DNA of 64,000 bases, taken from the NCBI GenBank assembly GCA_963762565.1, contig CAVXLD010000013.1, positions 104,721-168,720 on the forward strand, written 5' to 3'. A program made the translations under genes and the position numbers. The notes below the pieces were generated by a model that did not search any database, was not told where the DNA came from, and saw nothing but the letters and a program-made list of their open reading frames with translations. Origin of the DNA: an uncultured Verrucomicrobiae bacterium. Its GTDB lineage: Bacteria; Verrucomicrobiota; Verrucomicrobiia; Chthoniobacterales; JAFAMB01. Each line of letters opens with the position of its first letter. Position 1 is the stretch's first letter. Positions 48,952 through 58,559 of this stretch are shown here, piece by piece.

Positions 48952-49446
48952 TTAGCGAGCGTTATTTTCCGATTGCCCGGGACCTATCTCGGCCGGCGAG
49001 GTGGGACCATGCGAAGTCGGGCCCAGAAACTCCTGTCCAAATCTGGCCGCGATCTGGTCGAGTCGTTGGAAGTTTGGTTCGGGCTTACTCCATTCTTCGG
49101 CACAGGCCGCCACATAATGATCAAAACCTCCCGGGACACAGATCGCTAAGACCTGCGCTCTCTCGCCGCCTACCACTCTCGGTGCATGTGGGATATCTTT
49201 TGGCAGGTAAACCGCGTCGCCTTTTCGGAGGCGAACGGTCTCCCTACCTCGATTTACCTCGAGCTCGCCCGATTCCACAATGAAGATCTCGTCTTCAAAA
49301 CGATGGATGTGTAGCGGCACGTCGTTCCCGGGTGAGGCCAAAACTCGCAAGACACAGGATGTGCCTCCGGTCTGCTCAGAGCTGACTAATACATTGAACT
49401 CGTGACCGAAAGCCCTAAGCACTTTCTGAATTTGATCAAGATTCAT
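48952..49446 (-). CDS. Cupin domain protein
   Basis: PLHIHRFEDE and PKDIPH motifs; ATGA overlap with the upstream micro-gene. Confidence 0.85.
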   Translation of the reverse strand: MNLDQIQKVLRAFGHEFNVLVSSEQTGGTSCVLRVLASPGNDVPLHIHRFEDEIFIVESGELEVNRGRETVRLRKGDAVYLPKDIPHAPRVVGGERAQVLAICVPGGFDHYVAACAEEWSKPEPNFQRLDQIAARFGQEFLGPTSHGPTSPAEIGPGQSENNAR

Positions 49447-49697
49447 CGATTGAAAGTGTAAAAGAGCAATGCCCCCGCTAATGTGATGGCCGCAAATAGA
49501 TAGGAGACAGCCAAGATTCCGGCAAACGCCTCGAACAAACTTGTTAGGCGCCAAACCGATCTCCAACTCCGAAGGGCGGGTCTCGCGACGGTAACACTCT
49601 TAGATTCCTTTTGTTTGGTCACGATCGTCGTCGGCTGACCGACAGTTAACATGCTGTGGATCGAACTGATGTTTAAACTAGGTGTCATATTGGACAT
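49443..49697 (-). CDS. Tail-anchored small membrane protein, 'LFYTFNR' paralog 1
   Basis: C-terminal TM helix homologous to 53727-53951. Confidence 0.7.
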   Translation of the reverse strand: MSNMTPSLNISSIHSMLTVGQPTTIVTKQKESKSVTVARPALRSWRSVWRLTSLFEAFAGILAVSYLFAAITLAGALLFYTFNR

Positions 49698-49707
49698 GGT
49701 GATTGAT

Positions 49708-51066
49708 TTAATAACTTCTTCTAACCGGCAAGACCTTTACGGTCGGCTGAGTTGGGGAGCTGCACTGGCTGAGCGAGCGTTTCGGCCCCACCGATGCGGT
49801 TTTCAAGATCTCCTCAGTTGTTTCGAGTAGTTCGTCGGACGCAGAAAAACTCGTCTCCAAGAGGCGAAGCGATCCATTCGTTGTCGCGACGCCGATGGTT
49901 GGAGCGCCTGCAAATCTCGCTGAAACTGCCGGACCCCATATTGCGTCTAACCGCAATTGTCCGAAGTCGGAACCGAATGGTAAGTTCCCGAGGTTTGTTA
50001 ACATGATGTCGTGAGCGAACGCCTGCGCACAGATCGCAGCTGCGGCCGGAACATCAACGCCGTCTGCGAGGGCTTGGCAAAGGGCTGACCTCGACGCAAC
50101 AACCCCTTTCAAGGTTTGGGCTCGACTTAAACTCACCGTCGACTCTCGGGCTAGGTCCCAAAAATCGACGGGCATGTGAGGCCGGATATTGACTATTCCC
50201 GCGTCGACAAGCGCAGCGCAGTCCTCCCCTAGTCCCAATAATTTCCGGGTATCGATCGGCGAACAGATGCGAATCGGAGCATGCTTGAAATTCGGGTTCT
50301 CTAGCCAAGCAGCTAGAGCGACCGCGGCAGAGATCGCTCCGTGTACCGTAGTCCCTTCCTGTCGGGCGCGTTCTCGTAATTTTCTGGTCAGCCCGGGAGT
50401 CAGACGCAAGCTCTTAATGCGGGGACGCAGGTCCTCTTTGCTTATGTAGGTCGCTAGTCTCGCCGCGGGTGCGACCGGTGAATGTGTATCTGCGATCAAC
50501 CTGTCCGGTCTAATCGCTCCATTCCCGGTTAGACCAAGGATCTCTTCATGCGGGGGTAGTAGCGGCAGCGAATCGAGTGTCCTTCCCGATAGCGCTTGTA
50601 GCAAATCCCGAATCACAAAGGCGATGGAACGCCCATCTGCAATGGAATGATGAGCGACCAAGATGAACGCCGCTTGGTCAGCCTCGTGTAGTAGTACGGC
50701 GCGCACGAGTGGTGCCCCTTGTGGATCAAAAGGAATCGATAATTCCAGCTCCATTTCATCCGCCCAGTCCCGGGTCGCGTTATTTTCTTGCCGTACCCGA
50801 AGTGGAATTGTTGTCTCAACTTCCTGACGGAAGTGCGGACGACCGCTTCCGTTTGTTTCTATGCGGACCGAGAGGAGGGGATGGCGGCGCTGCACTAGTT
50901 TGAGGGCGTCGCGCCAAAGCTGTATTTCAGTGGTTCCTTGCACTTCAGCCGCTAAGGCAAAGTGGACCGGCCGGTTCTGATCGAGCAGCCAAAAGAAGTG
51001 TTCAAAGCTTCCAAGCGGTCGAAGTGACGGGTTGACGTGTTTGGCGAAAAACAGGGGATTTATCAT
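49708..51066 (-). CDS. Stand-alone condensation-domain / CoA-dependent acyltransferase (PapA5/AATase-like)
   Basis: RPLGSFE, RHPLL, HHSIADG (HHxxxDG) and LTNLG motifs. Confidence 0.85.
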   Translation of the reverse strand: MINPLFFAKHVNPSLRPLGSFEHFFWLLDQNRPVHFALAAEVQGTTEIQLWRDALKLVQRRHPLLSVRIETNGSGRPHFRQEVETTIPLRVRQENNATRDWADEMELELSIPFDPQGAPLVRAVLLHEADQAAFILVAHHSIADGRSIAFVIRDLLQALSGRTLDSLPLLPPHEEILGLTGNGAIRPDRLIADTHSPVAPAARLATYISKEDLRPRIKSLRLTPGLTRKLRERARQEGTTVHGAISAAVALAAWLENPNFKHAPIRICSPIDTRKLLGLGEDCAALVDAGIVNIRPHMPVDFWDLARESTVSLSRAQTLKGVVASRSALCQALADGVDVPAAAAICAQAFAHDIMLTNLGNLPFGSDFGQLRLDAIWGPAVSARFAGAPTIGVATTNGSLRLLETSFSASDELLETTEEILKTASVGPKRSLSQCSSPTQPTVKVLPVRRSY

Positions 51067-51067
51067 C

Positions 51068-51361
51068 TCAATTTTCTTTTGTGTCGGTGGTTAGTTTGAC
51101 AAATTTCCGGGAGCCGCAGGCGCTTCTTACGATTGGTAGATGAGGCTTTGGTGCAAAAGGCGAAACGTCACGATCAGAGCTAGTCACAGCACAAACCGGT
51201 TTCCGACCGAGTCGGCCTCGCAAGCGAGGCAGCGCTCCACGAAGATGCCTTCCATCTTGCTGCGGATAAGTTTCGCGTTCTGGCCTAGCTGAGCAATTTA
51301 TCGAGGAGCGTATGTGCTCTCGCAATTGTACGTTGTAGGATAAAATTAAAACGAGTTCCAT
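51068..51361 (-). CDS. Small protein or remnant, 'MELVL..QDGRHL' module copy 1, followed by a REP
   Basis: First ~40 aa homologous to 52647-53063; REP at 51214-51240 follows directly. Confidence 0.5.
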   Translation of the reverse strand: MELVLILSYNVQLREHIRSSINCSARPERETYPQQDGRHLRGALPRLRGRLGRKPVCAVTSSDRDVSPFAPKPHLPIVRSACGSRKFVKLTTDTKEN

Positions 51362-51500
51362 TTTATTAGTTGACCGGCAAGCCTTTGATCTATGCCTTTT
51401 TGGGAACACTGGTAAACGGGTTGAACACCGCGAGTGAGGACCAATGGTTTGCGGAACGGGGAGCCCAGAGGACAAGCACGAGGTTTCTACGAAGTGTTTC

Positions 51501-52586
51501 CTAGGCGAAACGGACAATCAACATCAGGGAAACGATGCTGATGAACAGCCAGAGCAGGACGCCCTGCAAGAATGGTCGCCAGCCGACGGCGCGCAGCGTT
51601 TTTGGCGAGAGGCCTGCCCCGATCAGAAACAGCGTGAGCGTTAGACCGGTTCCGGCCACGTGCTGCAACGCGGGCGCTACGTCTGCCACCCCAGGCACAA
51701 AACTGCGGGCAACCGAGGCCAGCACGAAAAGGCCGATGAACCAGGGGATCTGCATCGTCTGCCGGCTGTGTGTCTTGGTTTGGTGATCACCCCGGCGTGA
51801 CCGGAAGATGGCCGCTGCGCCCAAGGCCACCGGGATGATCCACAGCGCACGAGAGAGTTTGACAGCCGTAGCCGTTTGCAAGGCATCCAGTCCGTAATGC
51901 GCACTCGCGCCGACCACGGAGGAAATATCGTGAATGGCGATGCCGGCCCAGGTGCCAAATTGCACCTGCGTCAGCCCAAGTGTGTGACCTACAACCGGGA
52001 ACATGTAAAGCGCGGTCGCATTAAGGATGAAGACGGTGCCCATTGCGACACTGATCTCGCTTTCGCCCGCGCCGATGACCGATCCCACGGCTGCGATAGC
52101 CGAGCCGCCGCAGATCGCAGTGCCTGCAGAGATAAGGGCCGAGACTTTGCGATCGATGCCGAGACGTTTGCCCAGGATCCAGGCCAGTCCAACCGTTGTG
52201 GCGATAGTCGCCGCGGCTAAGCCGGCGCCTTGTAAACCAGTACGAAGAACAACCTGCAAATCCATGCCAAAGCCAAGAAAGACAACGCAGACCTTCAGCA
52301 GCGTGGCCGAGATTTTCTTGCCCAGGCGAGCGAACGGGTTCTCGTGTGTAAGCGCAAGGATGGCGCCCAGAGCCAGGGCCAGCGAAGATGAGACCCACGG
52401 TGTCAGGCAGAAAGCCGCTGCAACGATAAAGATGGCCTGCCGCACGCCTCGAGGAAGAGCCTGGGAATCACGTGGCCAGCGCCGGCGAGTTGAACTTTCT
52501 GGGGTCGCCAATCTTCCGGAAACGGCAGGCAAAGCTGAAATTGGCGCCGGGTTAACGAGTTTAGCGAAAAATGGTGGGTTTATCAT
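51501..52586 (-). CDS. YeiH family (putative sulfate exporter) membrane protein
   Basis: GTAICGGSAI, AIHD.SSVVGA and VKLSRALWI motifs. Confidence 0.9.
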   Translation of the reverse strand: MINPPFFAKLVNPAPISALPAVSGRLATPESSTRRRWPRDSQALPRGVRQAIFIVAAAFCLTPWVSSSLALALGAILALTHENPFARLGKKISATLLKVCVVFLGFGMDLQVVLRTGLQGAGLAAATIATTVGLAWILGKRLGIDRKVSALISAGTAICGGSAIAAVGSVIGAGESEISVAMGTVFILNATALYMFPVVGHTLGLTQVQFGTWAGIAIHDISSVVGASAHYGLDALQTATAVKLSRALWIIPVALGAAAIFRSRRGDHQTKTHSRQTMQIPWFIGLFVLASVARSFVPGVADVAPALQHVAGTGLTLTLFLIGAGLSPKTLRAVGWRPFLQGVLLWLFISIVSLMLIVRFA

Positions 52587-52646
52587 CTTACTTCTTCTGT
52601 GCGGATAGTTAGTTTGCTAAGTTTCTGCGGCCTGGAGGGCGCTATT

Positions 52647-53063
52647 TTACGGGTGGTGGATGAGGCCTTGTTGTAAAAATACCGCCCCCGCAATTAGAGC
52701 TAGAAAGAGGAGCAAACCTAACGTCGATTCGATAAGTCCGACTTTAATTCGATCGAAAGGTGAAAACTCCGGCCAATCGATATTTATCTCTTCAGTCATT
52801 GCTTCAAACGCGTCATTAAGGTCAACTGGCTGTCCGGGCGTTGTATCTGGCTGCGCCATCCCTGTCGCGCTATAGCGAAGCGACGGCGGAGTATTTGGAA
52901 CGGTCTTCTCCGTTAGATTCCTTGAAGCTTCAGAACCACAGATCAAATGCCTTCCATCCTGCTCCGGGTGCGCGCGATGATCCGGCTTAGCCGAACGGCT
53001 GATCGAGGAGCGCATGTGCTCCCGCACTTGCACATAGTAAGATAACATTAGAACGGTTTCCAT
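52647..53063 (-). CDS. Small tail-anchored protein, 'METVL..QDGRHL' module copy 2
   Basis: Conserved N-terminal module plus C-terminal TM helix. Confidence 0.6.
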   Translation of the reverse strand: METVLMLSYYVQVREHMRSSISRSAKPDHRAHPEQDGRHLICGSEASRNLTEKTVPNTPPSLRYSATGMAQPDTTPGQPVDLNDAFEAMTEEINIDWPEFSPFDRIKVGLIESTLGLLLFLALIAGAVFLQQGLIHHP

Positions 53064-53140
53064 TTTGTTAGTGTTATTTGTTCCGCCGTCACCGGCCCCT
53101 TTGCTGCACTCGCGCGCCAAAGGGCTAATTCCGGCTTGAG

Positions 53141-53551
53141 TTAAAATTTGAAAATCGCAGCCAGACAGAAAATGAGACCAAAAATCGCAGCCCCGGCGAC
53201 AATTAGCGCTGCCACTAGCTCGAAACCGGTCCAGAGGTGACAGTTAGGTGTTGTTCTCCGGAATGACCCGGCTTCCTTTGTTGGGTCGCTCGCAGTGTCT
53301 ACTCGGATCAGTTGCAGGCGACCGTCCGACGGTGTTGTTTCGTAGTAAGGAACAGAACGAGTAATCTCTTCGGCTTCAATCGGGCCTACACCCCGTTCCA
53401 CCCTGGAGCTCCTTTTTATATGATCTATCTCGATTTCCGCGACACCGTGGGCCGCTAACAACTCGCGCGCGTAATTCGCTGCGGAATCGGCTAGCAGATT
53501 GTCAAGCTTCTCTTCAGTCCACCTTAGCGCCCTGACAATGTTTGTTAACAT
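53141..53551 (-). CDS. Tail-anchored hypothetical membrane protein
   Basis: 136 aa; C-terminal W...ELVA-TM segment. Confidence 0.6.
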   Translation of the reverse strand: MLTNIVRALRWTEEKLDNLLADSAANYARELLAAHGVAEIEIDHIKRSSRVERGVGPIEAEEITRSVPYYETTPSDGRLQLIRVDTASDPTKEAGSFRRTTPNCHLWTGFELVAALIVAGAAIFGLIFCLAAIFKF

Positions 53552-53636
53552 AACGGTTAGTTTCAGTAGGTTGCGGGCAGCGCTTTTTCGCTATGGATAC
53601 AGAGTGCCCCGTGATCTGTAGGGCTGCTAGATGCCA

Positions 53637-53717
53637 TAAGAATCAATTTTGACTGTCCCGGACGAGAGAAGCATGGCCTTGTGATGGAGAGAGAAAGTTA
53701 TCTGTCTTTCGAGGGAG
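53637..53717 (-). promoter_or_regulatory. Conserved promoter module, copy 2
   Basis: CTCCCTCGAAAGACAGAT; CGGG at offset 57 and TCTTA at offset 76, as in 47135-47215. Confidence 0.6.
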
Positions 53718-53726
53718 AGTCCGTGT

Positions 53727-53951
53727 TCACCGATTGAAAGTATAAAAGAGCACGGCTCCAGTTAATGCGAGCGCAGCCAATAGATAGAAGGCGATGAAAA
53801 CACCGGCGATCAGTTCTGCGCCGCACCTAAGCGAGGACCACATCCCCAAAAGGCTTTTCGTCCAGGTCAAATTTGCTATGGACTCAGATTGTCTAGGGGC
53901 GATGGCGGGTGCTTCAGTAACACTGGGATACATGTTTACCGTTGAATGCAT
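53727..53951 (-). CDS. Tail-anchored small membrane protein, 'LFYTFNR' paralog 2
   Basis: GAGGAG RBS; ends GAVLFYTFNR. Confidence 0.7.
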   Translation of the reverse strand: MHSTVNMYPSVTEAPAIAPRQSESIANLTWTKSLLGMWSSLRCGAELIAGVFIAFYLLAALALTGAVLFYTFNR

Positions 53952-54219
53952 ATGATCGATCTCCTCTGATCTGCTAAACAGGTTAGTTTGGCTTGTTTTT
54001 ACACAAGGAATGTGGACCGTAAGCTGCGGCGTCACTATCTTGCCTAAGATGGGAAATTCCCTGTGCCGAACGAGGGGAAAGTCATCTGAGAAGAGAGGTA
54101 CGAGTGTGTAGTTCTATAGAACTAGTTCTGCGAGAAATCGCAGCCCTGGCTGGAGGAGAAACAGCGCCGTCTCGGAGAAGCAATGCTTCCTTCCCATTTC
54201 GGGCGAGAAGGAAATGCAA

Positions 54220-57200
54220 CTAAAACCAGCCGGGACGACAGGCGGATGCGGGCGCAATCACTTGAATCTCGGTTCCCTTGCCAGTTTGACTTAAAATCGT
54301 GAATTGACCGCCCAATGCTCTACAGCGTTCCTTCATACCGGGAATACCGAGGCCCGACGAGGTCGCGGTCACCGGCCCAGTGTCGCCGGCAGAATCGGCA
54401 ACGCCAACGCCGTCATCTCGCAGTTGAAGGGTAAGGCCTTTGCGTTCAAAGAAGAGGTCAACTTCGAACCGGTGTGCATTAGCATGTTTAAGTGTGTTGG
54501 CCACCGCTTCCTGAGTGATCCTGACGAGCGCCTGTTCGCATTCCGAGCGCAAACGAAAGGGCCGGCCGTGAACCCGAACTTCCGTGGTTAAGGTTGTCGC
54601 AGATGTCGCTTTTTTAACGATGTTTTCGAGGGCGTACGCCAAAGAAGGCGACGCAGTTAAAATGCCGGCTCGCAATGCTCTCAGTGCGCCTCGCGCCTCC
54701 GTCAACGTTTCCCGGGCGAGCATGCGCATGCTCTCCAGAATCTGGATAGTTTTATCTCCCTGTCCTTTTCGTTCTGAGTTAATTGCCTTCTCAGTTTGCC
54801 ATAATATTCCAACCAGGCCTTGCGCCAGGGTGTCATGCAGATCGCGCGCTAGACGCGCTCTTTCTTGCAAGATCTGGGCGAGACGCCAGCGATACAGGCC
54901 CCAGATCCCCAGGGCGATGAGGACCAGGCAAAGAGAATAGAACCACCAAGTCTGATAGTAATGGGGCTGGATTACAAATTCGGTTGTGGCAGCGAGGTTG
55001 TCCCGAGGCCAGATTCCATCCCGGCTGCATGCGATCACCCGGAAAAGGTAATCGCCGGGTGGCAGACTGGTATAATACGCCACACGCCGAGTACCGGCAG
55101 CGACCCAGGTAGCGTCGAAGCCATCGAGCCGGTATCGGTATTGCAGATTTTCGGGCGCCGACAAACTGAGGCCAGCATAATGAATCTCGATGCTATGAAT
55201 ATCCGGGGAAAGCACTGTAGGAGGCTCACCCGGACGCAAGGGAATGTATTGGGTAAGGTTAGCTATTAACCTCTCGAGTACGATGGGCGGTGCTCGCGAA
55301 CTGGCGACGAGAGTTTCCCGAGCCGCAACCGCTAGTCCTCCAGCGGTTGCGAACCAGAGGCGACCGTCGACTGATTGGCAGCTGGTGTTAGCGTTGCCAC
55401 CGCTGCATTCCGCTGTGGCCAGGCCATCAGCCGCCGTGAAGCGCCGGCAAGTCACCGTTGATCGCTTTCCATCGAAGAAGTCGTTTAGATCTTTGATCGG
55501 GGTCGCAAAGATTCCCCGATTACTAGTCGCCCAGAGATTCCCTGTGTCGTCCTTAAGCAGGGTGAAAAACTCATCGCTAAACAGGCCATCAGCTGTATTG
55601 CATAGATTGCCCGCTGATCCGTTTCGGATCCTGGCGAGCCCGTAGCCGAACGTTCCGGCCCATAGCGTGCCATCGGAATCGGCGAGCAACGTGATAAATC
55701 CCAGATCATGGGCAGGACTATCCTTTGGAAGCGCATCCCGGAGCACGCCGTCGGAGTACCTCAACAGACCACGTCCGGGAGCAATCCAGAGGGCGCCATC
55801 GGGTCCGAGCGCTATCGCGCGCGCGACATTGTCTCTGATTCCGTCTCGCTCGGTAAACCTGCGAATCAACTTACCGTCATGAAAGCAAAAGAGACCAGCT
55901 CCACCGGTCCCCACCCACAAGTCACCCGACGGAGTCCCATAGAGCGCGATAATGTCGGCCGCAGGAGTGAATCGGATAGGCTCTGTCTCGACTGAAAATG
56001 GAACTTCGCGAAATGCTTGCAGAGAGCCATCCGCGGTCCCCACCCATAGTAAGTTCCGCGCGTCTTCGTACAGTGCGGCCACCTGCTCCGATAAAATCGA
56101 TGAAACTGGCGATACCAGCGTTGCTTGCGCGTCAGCCGCTGAGTTTAGAAATGCAAGACCAGCTTCAGTGCCTACCCAAATTTTTCCCGTTCGGGAAGCA
56201 AGCACCGAGAAAACCAGATCGCTAGGTAGACCCTGCTTTGAGTTGAAAATGGTAAACCGAGTATCAGAAATTCGAAATAGACCCGCGTCCGACCCGACCC
56301 AGACATCGCCCTCCCGATCCTCGCAAAATGCTGAAACCGGGATGGTTTTGCGCCCCTCTATCGGTGAAACAAGCGACCGGAATTCCGCCTCTCCAATCTT
56401 TGGATCGGGCAACATGCGCCAGACCCCACCGTTTTTAGAACCGGCCCAAATCATCCCGTGACTGTCAGTAAAGAGCGCAGTGATCTCACTATTGTCGGTC
56501 CGCGGCAACCGAACCGGTGAAACTTGATTATCCTCAATAGAAAACAGGCCCTGGTCGGTGGCCACCCAGACTCGATCGAGCAGGTCTGTTGTAAGAGCCC
56601 CGGTGGGCGCACCAAGGAGACCAGTCTTTGCGTCCATTAAGCGCACGGTTCCGCTGGCTTTGTCGATGCGATAAAGGCCGCCCGAGGCGGCGACGAAAAG
56701 ATCACCTGATTTTAGCGAACAAATCCGTTTGACCACTTGCCGCCGGAGCCCCTGGGCCAGCGTATGCTCGATGAATCGGTCACCGCTTTGCCGGAACAAA
56801 CCTCCTTGATATGTTCCAATCCAGACGATTCCTTCGCTGTCCACCGCAATTGCCGAAACATCCGCATGCGGTACTCCATTCGTTTGATCCAGATAATGAA
56901 ATCTGCCTTTTCCAGCGCGACAATAGACTCCTGCATAGCAGCCCATCCAGAGTTCACCGGCTGCATCGACGCACAAACACGTCGCTCTCCGGCGCCTGAA
57001 GGGCTTCTGCTGAAATTCGCCGGGCACGAAGAATTCGGCTCCATCGAATCTTACCAGCCCTTCTTCGCTCGCGACCCAAAGAAATCCATCCGGGGTTTGG
57101 GCGAGGCCACGAATGGAATCCTGCAGCAGACCATTCTGCTGATTCCACATCGCCATCCGGCACTGGGCCAGCGGGGTATCTGGATTTAATGCTAGGAGGG

Positions 57201-57309
57201 AATGAGAGAAAACCCAGATAGAAAACACCGCGGCGCTGCGTAGAAAACCTTTAAAAAGCAGGGGTTTTCTTGTTGTCACTGGGTGAGAATCTTTCCAGAC
57301 TTTTAGCAC
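54220..57309 (-). CDS. Second beta-propeller/Y_Y_Y/HisKA_3 sensor histidine kinase
   Basis: ALNP..LAQ N-terminus, propeller repeats, YTSLPPGDY, ERARLARDLHD and DDGVG motifs. Confidence 0.93.
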   Translation of the reverse strand: MLKVWKDSHPVTTRKPLLFKGFLRSAAVFSIWVFSHSLLALNPDTPLAQCRMAMWNQQNGLLQDSIRGLAQTPDGFLWVASEEGLVRFDGAEFFVPGEFQQKPFRRRRATCLCVDAAGELWMGCYAGVYCRAGKGRFHYLDQTNGVPHADVSAIAVDSEGIVWIGTYQGGLFRQSGDRFIEHTLAQGLRRQVVKRICSLKSGDLFVAASGGLYRIDKASGTVRLMDAKTGLLGAPTGALTTDLLDRVWVATDQGLFSIEDNQVSPVRLPRTDNSEITALFTDSHGMIWAGSKNGGVWRMLPDPKIGEAEFRSLVSPIEGRKTIPVSAFCEDREGDVWVGSDAGLFRISDTRFTIFNSKQGLPSDLVFSVLASRTGKIWVGTEAGLAFLNSAADAQATLVSPVSSILSEQVAALYEDARNLLWVGTADGSLQAFREVPFSVETEPIRFTPAADIIALYGTPSGDLWVGTGGAGLFCFHDGKLIRRFTERDGIRDNVARAIALGPDGALWIAPGRGLLRYSDGVLRDALPKDSPAHDLGFITLLADSDGTLWAGTFGYGLARIRNGSAGNLCNTADGLFSDEFFTLLKDDTGNLWATSNRGIFATPIKDLNDFFDGKRSTVTCRRFTAADGLATAECSGGNANTSCQSVDGRLWFATAGGLAVAARETLVASSRAPPIVLERLIANLTQYIPLRPGEPPTVLSPDIHSIEIHYAGLSLSAPENLQYRYRLDGFDATWVAAGTRRVAYYTSLPPGDYLFRVIACSRDGIWPRDNLAATTEFVIQPHYYQTWWFYSLCLVLIALGIWGLYRWRLAQILQERARLARDLHDTLAQGLVGILWQTEKAINSERKGQGDKTIQILESMRMLARETLTEARGALRALRAGILTASPSLAYALENIVKKATSATTLTTEVRVHGRPFRLRSECEQALVRITQEAVANTLKHANAHRFEVDLFFERKGLTLQLRDDGVGVADSAGDTGPVTATSSGLGIPGMKERCRALGGQFTILSQTGKGTEIQVIAPASACRPGWF

Positions 57310-57365
57310 CCTTCTTATGCGCGGTCATTTGCTAAGGTCGATTCGAGCGAGGGACTGGCGGCTGG

Positions 57366-58559
57366 TTACACATTCAAGATCGGGAGCGTCGCGCACACGC
57401 GAGTACCGTGCCCAGCGCGACTGAAGATTTCCAGCATGCCACCCCGCTGGGTTGCGCATTCCTGCATGCCTTTGATGCCGTACCCTTCGCTATGCTCTTC
57501 GGATGCGCTCGGGTCGAAGCCGGCGCCGTCATCTGCAATCTCAAGTTTGACCCGGTCGGCGTACCAAATGAGAGTGGCTTCCAACCTCCGCGGCCGGGCG
57601 TGGTGCAAAGCGTTATTGATTGCTTCTTTCGATATTTGAAACAATCCTTTCAGCGTCTCTGCTCCGACCGTTCGGGGGGCTTCACCGATTTCACGGAAGT
57701 GGGAGATGAGGTCGCTTTCGTCGCCCGCTTCTCGAATCAGATCGATCAGCATCTGCGATGGGCTGGTTGAGCCGGAGTGCTCCGGGCGCAATACAAGTGT
57801 TGTGCGTCGAACCAATTCAATCCCAAGCCTGGCCAATTCCCTGGCCCTATCAATTGCTCTCGAAGCCTTCGCCGGATCTGATTTCAAGAAAGACTGTGCA
57901 CCGGCCAAATGCATGGAGATAGCAGCCAAAGACTGAGCGACACTTTCATGTACTTCACCAGCCGCCCGCATCCCTTGATGCGCGATTTCAGCGTCCTTAG
58001 CCCGATTACTGATCCTCAATAGCTGAATGGCTAGGGCAGCCTCATTCATGAGATTCTCGACGAAGTCTAACCGGCTGGAAGGAGGTGGTTGCAATCTCCG
58101 GCAACCGAATACGGCCAGACCGATCGGGCGCGCATTAAAGATGAGGGGCACGGCAAGCCCTCCCTGCAAACCCAGGCGTCGATACCAAGGAATTAACCAT
58201 TTGAAGGAGAGCTTGTTTTCGTCATTTAAATCGCGCCATTGATACGTCCCGCTGGTCATCAGCTCCTGCCAAATGGTTGACTGATGGACTGAAAAAGGTT
58301 CGCGTAGTTCGATGAATCGGTCTTCGTTGAAAAAATCGACTGGCTGGCCATCCTCGAGGACGATCGCCGTTCGCATCCGGTTCGACTGCTCATCGAACAA
58401 GAAAATTGCGGCTGAAGGCGCGGCTATTGCCTGAGCGGATTCCGTAAGCGCGCCGATCACGAACGGCCACAAATCGTCGGCATTTGTCAGGCTAGCTAGC
58501 GATCGCCTTAAAGCGTCGTTAGCGGCCGCAAGTTCGGCCACCTCGTCTTCATCAACCAT
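57366..58559 (-). CDS. Cytoplasmic GAF-domain HisKA_3 histidine kinase
   Basis: GAF-like LAVPL...PIG; RAAGEVHESVAQ (degenerate H-box); DDGAGF and GYGIKGM. Confidence 0.85.
   Translation of the reverse strand: MVDEDEVAELAAANDALRRSLASLTNADDLWPFVIGALTESAQAIAAPSAAIFLFDEQSNRMRTAIVLEDGQPVDFFNEDRFIELREPFSVHQSTIWQELMTSGTYQWRDLNDENKLSFKWLIPWYRRLGLQGGLAVPLIFNARPIGLAVFGCRRLQPPPSSRLDFVENLMNEAALAIQLLRISNRAKDAEIAHQGMRAAGEVHESVAQSLAAISMHLAGAQSFLKSDPAKASRAIDRARELARLGIELVRRTTLVLRPEHSGSTSPSQMLIDLIREAGDESDLISHFREIGEAPRTVGAETLKGLFQISKEAINNALHHARPRRLEATLIWYADRVKLEIADDGAGFDPSASEEHSEGYGIKGMQECATQRGGMLEIFSRAGHGTRVCATLPILNV

Noticed and set aside
49708..51066. NRPS biosynthetic cluster
   Set aside because: Only a lone condensation-fold domain; no adenylation, PCP or TE domains
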